Below, in pieces: positions 9,503-18,893 of a stretch of DNA of 64,000 nucleotides; positions within the stretch are counted from its first letter, which is position 1, and each line of letters begins with the position of its first letter. The stretch is from the NCBI GenBank assembly GCA_031370645.1, contig JANMQV010000151.1, forward strand, positions 10,416-74,415, read 5' to 3'. A model generated the notes under the pieces. The model saw nothing but the letters and a program-made list of their open reading frames with translations. It ran no database searches and had not been told where the DNA came from. A program made the translations under genes and the position numbers. Origin of the DNA: Candidatus Eiseniibacteriota bacterium (lineage in GTDB: Bacteria > Eisenbacteria > RBG-16-71-46 > SZUA-252).

Positions 9503-10381
9503 GTGCAAGCCTTCTTCCGGTTCCTTCTCGCGCTCGACCGTCGCTGGATCTTTCTCCTCGTTCTCTTGAGCGTGACGATCCCGATCGTCGTCCCGATCGG
9601 GCTTCCCGTCACGACAACTTCCTCCACGCGAAACGCCTTCGAGTTCGTGGAGGCGCTGAAGCCCGGAGATCTCGTCTGGCTCTCGATCGATTACGGTCCG
9701 TCCTCGGCGCCGGAAAACGATCCGATGGCGGAGGCGTTTCTCCGGCAGTGTCTGCTCAAGAAGGTCCGCGTCATCGTGACCGCCCTCTATCCGCTCGGCG
9801 GCCTCGGTCTCGCGAACGCGGTGGTGGCGAAGATCACGGCCGAGTATCCGGAGGCGAAATACGGCGTCGACTACATCAACCTCGGATATAAGGACGGTGC
9901 CGCGGCGGTGATGCGGACGCTGGGGCAGGACATCACGTTGTCGTTTCCGACCGACGTGAACGGGCGCCCCGTCTCCGAATTTCCGATCATGCAGGGCCTT
10001 CGCACGATCCGACAGCTCGACCTCGTCTTCACCGCGGCGACCGGCCTCATCGGGGAGTGGTGGATCACGCAGGTCCACTCCCAGTTCGGCACGCCCGTCA
10101 TCATCGGGCCGACCGCCGTGAGCGCGCCGAAGTACTACGCCTTCATCAATTCGGGGCAGCTGGTCGGGATGCTGGGCGGGATGAAGGGCGCGGCCGAGTA
10201 CGAAAAACTTCTCGCGGCCAAGCACGAATCGCTCGGGAGGTTCTACCGAGGCACACACGCCTTCACGGCCACGAAGGGGATGGACGGGCAGACCGTGCTC
10301 CACGGCGTCATCCTGGCGCTCATCGTGCTTGGGAATCTGGCGTTCTTCATGACGCGCGGCAAGAAGGCGGGGGCGGCGTAA
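9503..10381 (+). CDS. Uncharacterised membrane-anchored protein with a soluble alpha/beta domain
   Basis: N- and C-terminal TM helices; DYGPSSAPE, DYINLGYKDG, GMLGGMKGAAEYE; 1 nt after upstream stop. Confidence 0.8.
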   Translation: MQAFFRFLLALDRRWIFLLVLLSVTIPIVVPIGLPVTTTSSTRNAFEFVEALKPGDLVWLSIDYGPSSAPENDPMAEAFLRQCLLKKVRVIVTALYPLGGLGLANAVVAKITAEYPEAKYGVDYINLGYKDGAAAVMRTLGQDITLSFPTDVNGRPVSEFPIMQGLRTIRQLDLVFTAATGLIGEWWITQVHSQFGTPVIIGPTAVSAPKYYAFINSGQLVGMLGGMKGAAEYEKLLAAKHESLGRFYRGTHAFTATKGMDGQTVLHGVILALIVLGNLAFFMTRGKKAGAA

Positions 10382-10383
10382 CG

Positions 10384-11016
10384 ATGGAATTCGTCGGAAT
10401 CGGGACCTGGTTGGCCGCCTTCCTCACGCTGGCCGCCCTCTCCTTCCTCTACAAGGACAATCCGTTCTTCCGTTTCGCCGAGAGTCTTTTCGCCGGCGTC
10501 TCGCTCGGCTACTACGTGGGAATCGTGCTGAACCAGACGCTCGTCCCGAATCTCTTCGAGCCGCTCGCGAAGGACTTCAAGACGAACTGGGATCTGTTGG
10601 TTCCCGGGCTCTTGGGGCTGATGCTCTACGTGCGGTCGGTGCCGCGCATCGGTTGGATCTCGCGCTACGCGCTCGGGATCTACGTCGTCTACTACATCGG
10701 GGTCGATTTCACGCGGCGGATCCATGGGGAGGTGATGCCGCAGATCGCGCGGACGATTCGGCCGCTCCAGGCCTTCGACGGGCCGACGCTCGTCTCGCTC
10801 ATCTTCATCATCGGGGTCTTCAGCGTGCTGATCTACTTCTTCTTCTCGAAGGAGCAGAACGCGGTCACGCGGCCGATCGCCCGGCTCGGGACGTGGTTCC
10901 TCATGGTCTCCTTCGGCGCCGCCTTCGGGTTCACCGTCATGGGGCGCGTGGCGCTCCTGATCGGCCGGCTCAACTTCCTCATTCAGGACTGGATTTACCC
11001 GACGATCGGTCGGTAG
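10384..11016 (+). CDS. Uncharacterised polytopic membrane protein
   Basis: About 6 TM segments; LSFLYKDNPFFRFAE, FLMVSFGAAFGFTVMGR; ATG 2 nt after upstream stop. Confidence 0.8.
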   Translation: MEFVGIGTWLAAFLTLAALSFLYKDNPFFRFAESLFAGVSLGYYVGIVLNQTLVPNLFEPLAKDFKTNWDLLVPGLLGLMLYVRSVPRIGWISRYALGIYVVYYIGVDFTRRIHGEVMPQIARTIRPLQAFDGPTLVSLIFIIGVFSVLIYFFFSKEQNAVTRPIARLGTWFLMVSFGAAFGFTVMGRVALLIGRLNFLIQDWIYPTIGR

Positions 11017-11770
11017 TCCCCCTCGGTTTCACGCCGTCCTTCTCGCCCGCCGCCTCCGCCCGGTTGCGCGTTTCGTCCGTTTCGAAAAGCTCCGACGACG
11101 CCCGGAGATTCACCATCGGGACCGTCATCTTGTTTCCGGCCGGGTAGTCGGTCGTCACCACGTCTCGCAGGGCCGAGACGCGGTGGGTGAGGTTCGCGAT
11201 CGCCTCGGTCGCGGCGCGGATCCGCTGGACCTTGTCCCGGACTTCGGGCGCCAGGTTCGGCAGGACGTGCAGGAGTTGCGCGTTCCCCTGAATCACCTGG
11301 AGCGGGTTGTTGATCTCGTGGTTCAAGGCCACGGCCATGGCCGAGACGGCCTTCATCCGCTCCGTGCGGAGCCGTTCTTCCGAAGCCTGATGAAGCGCGA
11401 GGGCGTTTCGGACCTTGATCGGCAGCTGAAAGCGGATGTCCCAGTCCGTGAGCGGCTTCATGAAGTAGTCGACCGCGCCCAATTCCAGACTCCGCTCCAC
11501 GTCCTCCGGGGAGGTCGAGGCGCTCGCCACGATGACCGGAAGGTCGCGAAGCCGTTCGTTCGCGCGCATGGAGGTGAGAACGTCGAATCCATTCGGAGGC
11601 GGCATCATGAGATCGAGGAGAACCAGATCGATCGCTTCTCCGGCCAGGTGCCGCAGGGCCTCGTGGCCGTCGTCCGCCTCGAAAAACTCGTAATCGCCCT
11701 TCCGGAGAACCATCCGGAGGAGCTTCCGGTGGTGCGGCTCGTCGTCAACGAGCAGGATGCGATGCAGCAT
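10979..11770 (-). CDS. Receiver domain fused to a HisKA dimerisation/phosphoacceptor domain, no HATPase domain
   Basis: ILLVDD, LVLLDLMMP, DYFMKP, then LNHEINNPL H-box; ORF ends without N/G1/G2 boxes. Confidence 0.85.
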   Translation of the reverse strand: MLHRILLVDDEPHHRKLLRMVLRKGDYEFFEADDGHEALRHLAGEAIDLVLLDLMMPPPNGFDVLTSMRANERLRDLPVIVASASTSPEDVERSLELGAVDYFMKPLTDWDIRFQLPIKVRNALALHQASEERLRTERMKAVSAMAVALNHEINNPLQVIQGNAQLLHVLPNLAPEVRDKVQRIRAATEAIANLTHRVSALRDVVTTDYPAGNKMTVPMVNLRASSELFETDETRNRAEAAGEKDGVKPRGTTDRSSGKSSPE

Positions 11771-12173
11771 GGCTTCCCTTCCCGATGAGGGCCTTCACCC
11801 GGTCGATCAGATCGTCCGCGCTCAGGATCGGCTTGGAGACGTAGTCGTTCGCGCCGGAGTCGGCGAGGAATTTTTCCCGCGACCCCTTCATGGCGTGCGC
11901 CGTGGCCAAGATCACCGGAACCCGGCTCGCTCGCGGGTCGCCCTTCAATATCCGGGTGATCGCGAGGCCGTCCACGGGCGCTCCTTGATACGTGCTGTTC
12001 GAGAGCGAGACATCCATGATCACGAGATCCGCGCGGCCCTCGCGCGCCTCCTCGATCACGTAAGCGGGGTCCTCGGTCACGACAACTTCGAAGCCGGCCT
12101 TCCGAGCGAGAATCAGTTGGAAGAGCTTCGCGTTCATCGGATCGTCTTCGACGACGAGGATGCGCGGTTTCAT
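11745..12173 (-). CDS. Single-domain response regulator (DivK-like)
   Basis: ILVVEDD, VIMDVSL, TAHAMKG, YVSKP. Confidence 0.92.
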   Translation of the reverse strand: MKPRILVVEDDPMNAKLFQLILARKAGFEVVVTEDPAYVIEEAREGRADLVIMDVSLSNSTYQGAPVDGLAITRILKGDPRASRVPVILATAHAMKGSREKFLADSGANDYVSKPILSADDLIDRVKALIGKGSHAASHPAR

Positions 12174-12186
12174 GGTTTCCTCCTGG

Positions 12187-14175
12187 TTACGCCTGCGATC
12201 CGGCCGCCTCGGCGGCCGGAGGCGCGGGGGCGCTTTCGACGGGGAAGGAGAGGCGAACCCGAGTTCCGCGGTTCGCCCCGTCGCTTTCGACGCTGATCGA
12301 ACCGCCCATCTTTTCGACGAGTCCCTTCGAGATGGCGAGGCCGAGACCGGTGCCCGGCCTTCGCCGCGAGTACGACTCCTCGCGCGACGCGTATTTGGTG
12401 AAGAGCTTCGACTGGCGGTCGAGCGGAATGCCGATGCCGGTGTCGGCCACGACGACGCAAACCTCCATGCGATCGTCGTCCCGCCACGCGCGAACCGAGA
12501 CCTCGCCGCGATCGGTGAACTTCACCGCGTTTCCGACGAGGTTCAGCATGACCTGGCGGAAGCGAGCGGAGTCGTGCGGGAACGTGAGGTCGCTCTCGGG
12601 GAGTTCGATCCGAACTTCCAGCCCCTTCCCGTCGGCCTCCGGCGCCACGGCGGCGACCGCCGCGCGCACCGCGTCCCGCCCGTCGCCCCGTTCCACGGTC
12701 AGGTCGAGACGCCCGGCCTCCATCTTGGCGAGATCGAGGATGTCGTTCAGGAGCCCGAGGAGATGCTCCGCGCTCAGCCGCACCGAATTGGCGAAGGAGC
12801 GGACCTCTTCGGCCGATTCGGCCGACCCCTGTTCCAGAAGCGAGGCGAAGCCGATGACGCTGTTGAGCGGCGTGCGAAGCTCGTGCGACGTGTTCGCGAG
12901 GAATTGCTGCTGCGTCTGTCGCGCTTCCTCGAGTCGCGTGTTCGCTTGCCGCAACTGATCGTTCAGATGGCGCTGGGCCTGGGCGTTCACGCGGAGCGCC
13001 TCTTCTCGCTCGCGGCGCTCGGTGACGTCGCGGGCGATCACGAGGCAGGCGCTTCCCCCGCTCTCGGGATGGGCGACCGCCGTGACCATGGCGTCGCACG
13101 GGACCTGCCGGCCGTCGGACGCGCGCAGACGAATGGCGACTTGCACCGATTTCCCGTCGGCGACGAGGTTCCCCGGCAGGAACGGCCGGCCCGAAGCCTC
13201 CTCGATCGCGAACTCGGAAAGGGCGCGCCGCCGAAGCGTTCCGGGTGCGGCGCCGATCGCGCGCTCCGCCGTCTCGTTCGCGTCGGCCACGCGCCCCTCT
13301 TCGTCGAGCAGGAGAACAAGCTCGCTGCTTCCGCGGAGGTAGGTCGCAAGCATCCGGTCGCGCCGCTCCATCTTCAGTCGCTTGAGTCCCACGGCGAGTT
13401 GCGAGGCCGTCCACCGAACGAGCGCCAGCTGGTCCCCCTCGAAGCCCCTCCGTCGCGGCACGAAGCACTGGAGCACCCCCACCGCCTCGCCGCGATCGGT
13501 GAGCGGTACGGAGACGACGATCGGATCGGCGCCGAGTCCCACCGTCGATGCGGGGAACGCGTAGCGGGGGCCCGAGCCGGGATCGCGCGAGACAATCGTA
13601 TCGACGAGCCAGGCGGCGCGCGTCGCGGGGGAGTGGGCGTTCGGTCCGATCGGATCGGGCGCCAACTCCGCCGTCGCGCCGTCCGGAAGCCCGCGCGTGG
13701 CGGTGAGGCGGAAGGCGCCGTCCCGCTCATCCCTCCGATAGATGGCCCAGAACGACAGGCCCGTTCCCTCGGCAATGACGTCGAGCGCGCAGCGGACGAG
13801 CTCATCCTCGCGATCGAGGCGCTCCAGCGTTTCGCCGACGCGGTAGATCGTGAGCTGCGCGCGGAGGTTTCGGATCCGTTCCATCTCGGCGAAGCGGCGA
13901 CGGAAGGCGAAGAGGCCGAGAAGCGCCGTGGCCGCGACGACGGCGGTCCCGAAAAAGATCCTCGCGTGGTGGCGAACTTCGACGGGGACGCCGAGCGCCT
14001 CTCCCGGCGTGAGCTGATACGCCGTGTAGCCGAGTACGGCCATGAGGAACGCGACGCCGAACGCGTAGCGTCGCGCGAGGGAATAGCGAAGTTGCTCTCG
14101 GCTTTCGGCCGCCGACGGCAGCGGGGCCTGAATCGACTTCTTCTGCTTCGTCGGACGCGCCAAGTACCCCTCCAT
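12187..14175 (-). CDS. Membrane sensor histidine kinase (2TM-GAF-PAS-HisKA-HATPase)
   Basis: SHELRTPLN, NLVGNAVKFT, DTGIGIP, GTGLGL; PAS ending in RDVTER. Confidence 0.93.
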   Translation of the reverse strand: MEGYLARPTKQKKSIQAPLPSAAESREQLRYSLARRYAFGVAFLMAVLGYTAYQLTPGEALGVPVEVRHHARIFFGTAVVAATALLGLFAFRRRFAEMERIRNLRAQLTIYRVGETLERLDREDELVRCALDVIAEGTGLSFWAIYRRDERDGAFRLTATRGLPDGATAELAPDPIGPNAHSPATRAAWLVDTIVSRDPGSGPRYAFPASTVGLGADPIVVSVPLTDRGEAVGVLQCFVPRRRGFEGDQLALVRWTASQLAVGLKRLKMERRDRMLATYLRGSSELVLLLDEEGRVADANETAERAIGAAPGTLRRRALSEFAIEEASGRPFLPGNLVADGKSVQVAIRLRASDGRQVPCDAMVTAVAHPESGGSACLVIARDVTERREREEALRVNAQAQRHLNDQLRQANTRLEEARQTQQQFLANTSHELRTPLNSVIGFASLLEQGSAESAEEVRSFANSVRLSAEHLLGLLNDILDLAKMEAGRLDLTVERGDGRDAVRAAVAAVAPEADGKGLEVRIELPESDLTFPHDSARFRQVMLNLVGNAVKFTDRGEVSVRAWRDDDRMEVCVVVADTGIGIPLDRQSKLFTKYASREESYSRRRPGTGLGLAISKGLVEKMGGSISVESDGANRGTRVRLSFPVESAPAPPAAEAAGSQA

Positions 14176-14200
14176 GGTTCAAATTCGCTCGCGTTGGAAG

Positions 14201-14229
14201 GTATCGGCAGCGGGAAGGCGGAACTGGAG
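14201..14229 (-). promoter_or_regulatory. Sigma28-like promoter motif upstream of the histidine kinase
   Basis: Minus strand reads CTCCAGTT-N13-GCCGATAC. Confidence 0.4.
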
Positions 14230-14302
14230 CCGAGAGAGGCGGTTTTAGGGGGAAATGCCTTTCTCTAGCGTGCGCAGCGACAACGGATTATCATGGGCGG
14301 CC

Positions 14303-15493
14303 ATGCGTCCGGCCCGGCTTCCCTTTTCCATTCCCGCGATCCTCTTCGCCCTCCTCGCCTTGGGGGCGTTCGGCTGCTCCAAGAAGGATGGTCGGCTCCT
14401 CGGCAACGAGCGACTCCTCCGCGGCCCGAACGGCTTCGGAACGACCACCAGTGAAGCCCTCTTTCCCGATCGCGATACCTACGTCTCGCCGGGGGCGGCC
14501 AATTTTTCACCGACGCTTCTCGTCGGGAACGACGGGGTCTTTGAATCCCGCGCGTTCTTTCGCATCCCGGCGTGGTCGCTCCCCGATACGACCGCGGCGG
14601 GATTCGCCGTCTCCTCGATCTTTCTCGAGGTGCCGTACGACACGTTCACCGCCACTCCGTTCTCGCTCGTCCTGAATTTCGCCACCGCCTCGGCGTACGA
14701 TTCGCTCGCCGCGTTTCCGGGAGCGGCGCCGATTCAATCGCTCGGAACGGCCGATGCGGGGATCGTGCTCCCGTTCGTCGTCCCCATTCCGACCTCGACG
14801 TTCAGCCCGATCAAGGACTGGGCGCACGCCCCGGCGTCGTTGCCGGGTCTCATGCTCTACACGGTGGGCGGCACCGGAGTCACGGCGCTCCGGGCGGGGC
14901 AGGCGAGGCTGAGAATCGGCTACGACCACATCGTTTCGAACGCGAGCCGGCGCGACACCATTTCGACCGCCATCCCGCTCGACTTCACGCTTCACACGCC
15001 GGGGACGCCGGCTCCCACGGGAACCGATTCAACGTTGATTCTCGGCGGGATCTACGATTGGAGGGTTCCCCTCCATTTCGCGCCGCTCGCGGTTCCGGCG
15101 GGTTCCACCGTGAACGAGGCCACGCTTCGGCTCCGCGTGGAATCCGCGAACGCCGTCTTCACGGCCAATCGCGGAGTCGACTTGGAAGTGCGGCGAATTC
15201 GTAACACGTGGCTCGAATCGGAGAACTCCCTCACGCCGCTCGGCACCGATTCCACCACCATCGTGACCACGAAACGGATCGCCTATGGCGGTACAGCCGA
15301 CAGCGTCATCATTGTGACACTGCCGCAGTCGCTCGTTCGGGAGTGGACCGCGGCCGGGGGTGTGAACGAGGGACTTCTCCTGACGCTGAAGAGCAACAAC
15401 ACGCTCCCGGAACTTCGCCTTCGTTCGCGCGAATCGTCGAATCCGATCGAACTGCGCGTCAGCATCACGACACCGCCGCCGGGGAGATTCTGA
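14303..15493 (+). CDS. Secreted lipoprotein of unknown function
   Basis: Signal peptide with lipobox LGAFG-C; Thr/Ser-rich, beta-rich body; TATCAT 8 nt upstream of ATG. Confidence 0.7.
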   Translation: MRPARLPFSIPAILFALLALGAFGCSKKDGRLLGNERLLRGPNGFGTTTSEALFPDRDTYVSPGAANFSPTLLVGNDGVFESRAFFRIPAWSLPDTTAAGFAVSSIFLEVPYDTFTATPFSLVLNFATASAYDSLAAFPGAAPIQSLGTADAGIVLPFVVPIPTSTFSPIKDWAHAPASLPGLMLYTVGGTGVTALRAGQARLRIGYDHIVSNASRRDTISTAIPLDFTLHTPGTPAPTGTDSTLILGGIYDWRVPLHFAPLAVPAGSTVNEATLRLRVESANAVFTANRGVDLEVRRIRNTWLESENSLTPLGTDSTTIVTTKRIAYGGTADSVIIVTLPQSLVREWTAAGGVNEGLLLTLKSNNTLPELRLRSRESSNPIELRVSITTPPPGRF

Positions 15494-15497
15494 TCGA

Positions 15498-16739
15498 ATG
15501 AACTCTCGTCGCCGGAAGTCGCTCGCGCTGACGATCGCCGTCGCCTTCGCCATCGCTCTTCCGGCGCTTCCTCCGTCCGCCGCCCGGGCCACCTCCGTCT
15601 ATTCCATCGGAGGACTCGGGGAGCCGCAGCTCGACGAAGGGGCGCGAGTCCGCGCGCTCGGCGGTGCGGGTGTCGCGGAGTTCGGGGTCGATCTCTTCTC
15701 CCAGGTGAACCCGGCGTCGACGGCCGGCGTGCGCCATCTTCTCCTCCAGGGAACGATCGTCCCCGCCTACCGCCGCGTGAGCGGGCTCAATGGAGATTCC
15801 GAGAACGCCAGCGAGACCGAGGTTCCCCTGCTCCGGGCGCTCGTGAGGCTTCCGGCCCGATTCGTTCTCGGCGCCTCCTACGGCGTCGGCACCGACGCGC
15901 AATTCCGCGTCGAACGAGCCGACACCGCCGGAGCGCTCTCCACCACCCGCATCGACGGGACGGGTGGCATGCAGCTGATTCGAATTACCGCGTCGCGGGA
16001 GTTCGGCCCGTCGCTTCGCTTCGGGATCGATCACGAGATCGTGGCTGGCTATTACCGCGAGGAGTGGACGCGCGATTTCGCCGACACGAATCTCGCGACG
16101 TCTCGCGACACGCTGGAAAGCCGCTACGAACGGCTCGGACGGTGGCGCCTCGGCGTGCAGGGAACCGTTCGCGGCTGGACCCTGGGCGGCGTCTTCGAGA
16201 CGAAGCGGCGTCTACCGCTCACCTCCTTCCAGCGCGCTTCCGGCACGACGGTGGAGGCGGGCGGCACGAGCCTCACGATCCCTTCCGGATTCACGCTCGG
16301 CGCGAGCACGCCGGTCTTCTCCCGCTGGCGCGCCACGGCGCAGTATCGCCGCGCGAACTGGGAGCGCGCTTCGCTCGCGAGCGACCTCGTCGATCTTCAG
16401 GCGCTCGAGCGCCTGTCGTTCGGAGTCGAACGGCGCGGAAAGAAGGCGGAGGAGTCGCACTCCTGGCGCGAGCGCTTGCCGCTTCGCGTCGGAGTCAGTT
16501 ACCTCCAGTGGCCCGATCTCCTTCCGGTCGCCGGCGCCTCCACCATCGCGGGGGGCACGGCCGGCGTGAAGGAGTGGGCGGTCTCGCTCGGGACGGGAAT
16601 CGTCACGCAGGACAAAGGTGGGACGATCGACTTCTCGCTGGAGGCGGGATCGCGGGGGAACAAGGACGACCTCGGCGTGAGCGAGCGCTTCGTGCGCGCC
16701 GCCTTTACGCTACAGGTCGGCGACGACTCCTGGAAGTGA
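15498..16739 (+). CDS. Outer-membrane beta-barrel protein (FadL/PorV-like)
   Basis: Signal peptide; SVYSIGGLGE, RALGGAGVA, QVNPAS hatch-like motif; alternating beta strands; Trp next to the C-terminus. Confidence 0.7.
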   Translation: MNSRRRKSLALTIAVAFAIALPALPPSAARATSVYSIGGLGEPQLDEGARVRALGGAGVAEFGVDLFSQVNPASTAGVRHLLLQGTIVPAYRRVSGLNGDSENASETEVPLLRALVRLPARFVLGASYGVGTDAQFRVERADTAGALSTTRIDGTGGMQLIRITASREFGPSLRFGIDHEIVAGYYREEWTRDFADTNLATSRDTLESRYERLGRWRLGVQGTVRGWTLGGVFETKRRLPLTSFQRASGTTVEAGGTSLTIPSGFTLGASTPVFSRWRATAQYRRANWERASLASDLVDLQALERLSFGVERRGKKAEESHSWRERLPLRVGVSYLQWPDLLPVAGASTIAGGTAGVKEWAVSLGTGIVTQDKGGTIDFSLEAGSRGNKDDLGVSERFVRAAFTLQVGDDSWK

Positions 16740-18761
16740 TCCGGCGCGCAGTGCGGGCGCCCCGGCCCGCCGCCGTTCCCGCCTCGCGGGGGAAGGCTCG
16801 CCGCATCGATCGCAGCGCGTGAGGAGCCGCACCCGCTCGCTGTAGTCGATCGCCGTCTGCACGAACCACGCATGCGCCGCGAGCGACGGCGCCGGGCCCA
16901 CCGTTCTTCCCCGATACGGATGAAGCCGTTCCGGCAGGAGTCCGATCCCTTCCGCGCGTGCCGCCGCCCAGAAGAGAATCGTCCGCGCCGGCTCGAGGTC
17001 TTGAAGCCGCCGCGCCGCGCGAATCGCGTGAAGCGCGAGCCAAAGGGTCGCCGCGACATTCGGACTCCCCGGAACGTCCGTCGGGGCGGTCACGTCGCCG
17101 CCCACGCTTCCGACGCGATCGCCTTCGTAGCGCGCCAGCCCGCCCGTCCCGGTTCTCACCCAGAGGCGCTCCTTCGTCTCGGCCACCGTCGCCCGAACGC
17201 GCGGATCTTCCGGTTCGAAATCGTCGAGCAGACCGAGGAGAAGGAGCGACGCGTCCGCGGTTCCGTCCAAGCGCCATTCGCCTTCCGTCTCCGAGAGACC
17301 GCGGTGGAAGGGAGCCGTCGCACCCGGCGAGAGCGTCGCCGTCATGCCACGCGCGATCCGGTCGGCCGCGGCCGACCACGCGCGCGCGCGCCCCGCTTCG
17401 CCGAGGGTGGCCGCGATGCGCGCCGCGCCGCGGAGCCCGCCGCGCACCGCGCCCGCGACGGGCGCATGGATGCCGCGGCGCTCGTTCCACCAATCCGTCG
17501 AAGCGGGGAGCCCGGTGCGCGCGTCGATGGAGCCGACCAAGCGCTCGGCGGCCGGTACCAGGAGCGTTTCCCACATCGGAGAGAGAAACTCGACGTCGCG
17601 ATCGCGCTCCACGTGCCTCGCCGCCGCCCAGAGATGGAGCGCCGTTCCAAGAAGTGACCCGGCCTGCTCGCCGTCGATCATCACCGCTTCTCCCGATGTC
17701 TCGTAGGCGGAGGCGAGCCGACCCGCGCGCCGCGCCGCGTCGGCTACGAAACCGAAGTAGCGCCGCGCCGCGCCGAGATACCCCGCGCGACCGAGCGAAT
17801 CGGCCGCGATCGCCGCATCGGCTAGCCAGCACCAGCGTGACTCGCCTCCAGCCACCGCCGAGTGACCCTCCTCCATGCCGGAGACGATCGCGCCCTCCGG
17901 AGTCTGGTGGAGCCGAAGCGCGAGGAGACTCTGCCCGTAGATCGTGCCGACCGCTTCCGGGAGATCGGCGAAGTCGCGCGCTCCCTCGCTCGACCAGAGA
18001 TTCCAATGACCGCGCGTTCGCGTGAGCGAAGCCGCGATCCCTTCGCGCCGGAACGCCTGATCGAACGCGCGCGCTTCCTCGGGAGATGTCGCGCAGGCGA
18101 GCCACGCGGTCACCATGGCGGAGCCACCCGCGGGAAGCGAGAGCGCCACGCCTGCGACCGAATCGGCGAACCCGGAGGCCTCCGCCTGCGGCTTCGCGTG
18201 GCCTTCGAGCGCTTCCGCGTCGGCGCCGGCGGACGACTCCGAGGCGCGCGAGGAGATCCGAGCAAGGGGAACACCCACACCCTCCGGTCCCTCGAGGTTG
18301 AAGAGAATCGCGCGCCGCCCGGAGACGTGGAGGAGTCCGCCGGACTCGGCGTCGCGCCGCACGCTTTCGTGCGGCCGGCCGGCGGCGAGCCGGAGATCGT
18401 GATGGAAGGCGAGTGTCGCCGCGCGGTGGACGTCGCTTCGATTCGTCACCTGCACCCGGCGGACCACGATCGGCATTCTCGCGTCGATGTAGCTTTCGAT
18501 CCAGAGTTCGACTCCGAGCGCGGGATCGGTGGGTAGAAGTGTCAGGTCGGCGATCGGAGCGTCGCTCGCTTCGCCCGCCCGTGCGTCGAATCCGTCGGGG
18601 AGCCAGCGAAGCGCGCCGTCGATGGCGAGCCCGAGCCGCGCGGGGCGCCGAATCAATTGTGTCTCGGGGGAGAGTGCCGGTGCGTAGAGTTCGTGAAGCG
18701 CGCCGCTTCGGTCTCCCAGGGCCGTCACGGAACCGTTTCCGATGAGAAACGCGCGCGCCAC
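16710..18761 (-). CDS. GH15 glucoamylase-like protein with divergent active-site motifs
   Basis: LIGNG N-terminus, GAIV, DASLL, GGLARYEGD, GLLPE; GGAGG RBS before GTG. Confidence 0.8.
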   Translation of the reverse strand: MARAFLIGNGSVTALGDRSGALHELYAPALSPETQLIRRPARLGLAIDGALRWLPDGFDARAGEASDAPIADLTLLPTDPALGVELWIESYIDARMPIVVRRVQVTNRSDVHRAATLAFHHDLRLAAGRPHESVRRDAESGGLLHVSGRRAILFNLEGPEGVGVPLARISSRASESSAGADAEALEGHAKPQAEASGFADSVAGVALSLPAGGSAMVTAWLACATSPEEARAFDQAFRREGIAASLTRTRGHWNLWSSEGARDFADLPEAVGTIYGQSLLALRLHQTPEGAIVSGMEEGHSAVAGGESRWCWLADAAIAADSLGRAGYLGAARRYFGFVADAARRAGRLASAYETSGEAVMIDGEQAGSLLGTALHLWAAARHVERDRDVEFLSPMWETLLVPAAERLVGSIDARTGLPASTDWWNERRGIHAPVAGAVRGGLRGAARIAATLGEAGRARAWSAAADRIARGMTATLSPGATAPFHRGLSETEGEWRLDGTADASLLLLGLLDDFEPEDPRVRATVAETKERLWVRTGTGGLARYEGDRVGSVGGDVTAPTDVPGSPNVAATLWLALHAIRAARRLQDLEPARTILFWAAARAEGIGLLPERLHPYRGRTVGPAPSLAAHAWFVQTAIDYSERVRLLTRCDRCGEPSPARRERRRAGAPALRAGSLPGVVADL

Positions 18762-18855
18762 GGCGGATGCCCTCCCTGGGTGAACAGCAACTCCTTGCCT
18801 GGCGGCACGTTAGCAGACCGTTACCCTCGCGGTCAATTCATCCGGGCGGGCGCGG

Positions 18856-18883
18856 TTGACAGGTCGCGTGGGACCGATAGGAT
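18856..18883 (+). promoter_or_regulatory. Sigma70-type promoter
   Basis: TTGACA-N16-TAGGAT; suggests the real start codon is ATG 18894 or 18897. Confidence 0.55.
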
Positions 18884-18893
18884 GAGCGCCCCG

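Noticed and set aside
18800-18815. TGGCGGCACGTTAGCA as a sigma54 promoter
   Set aside because: Weak -24 match; better explained as a minus-strand extended -10 (TGcTAACGT) for the GH15 gene
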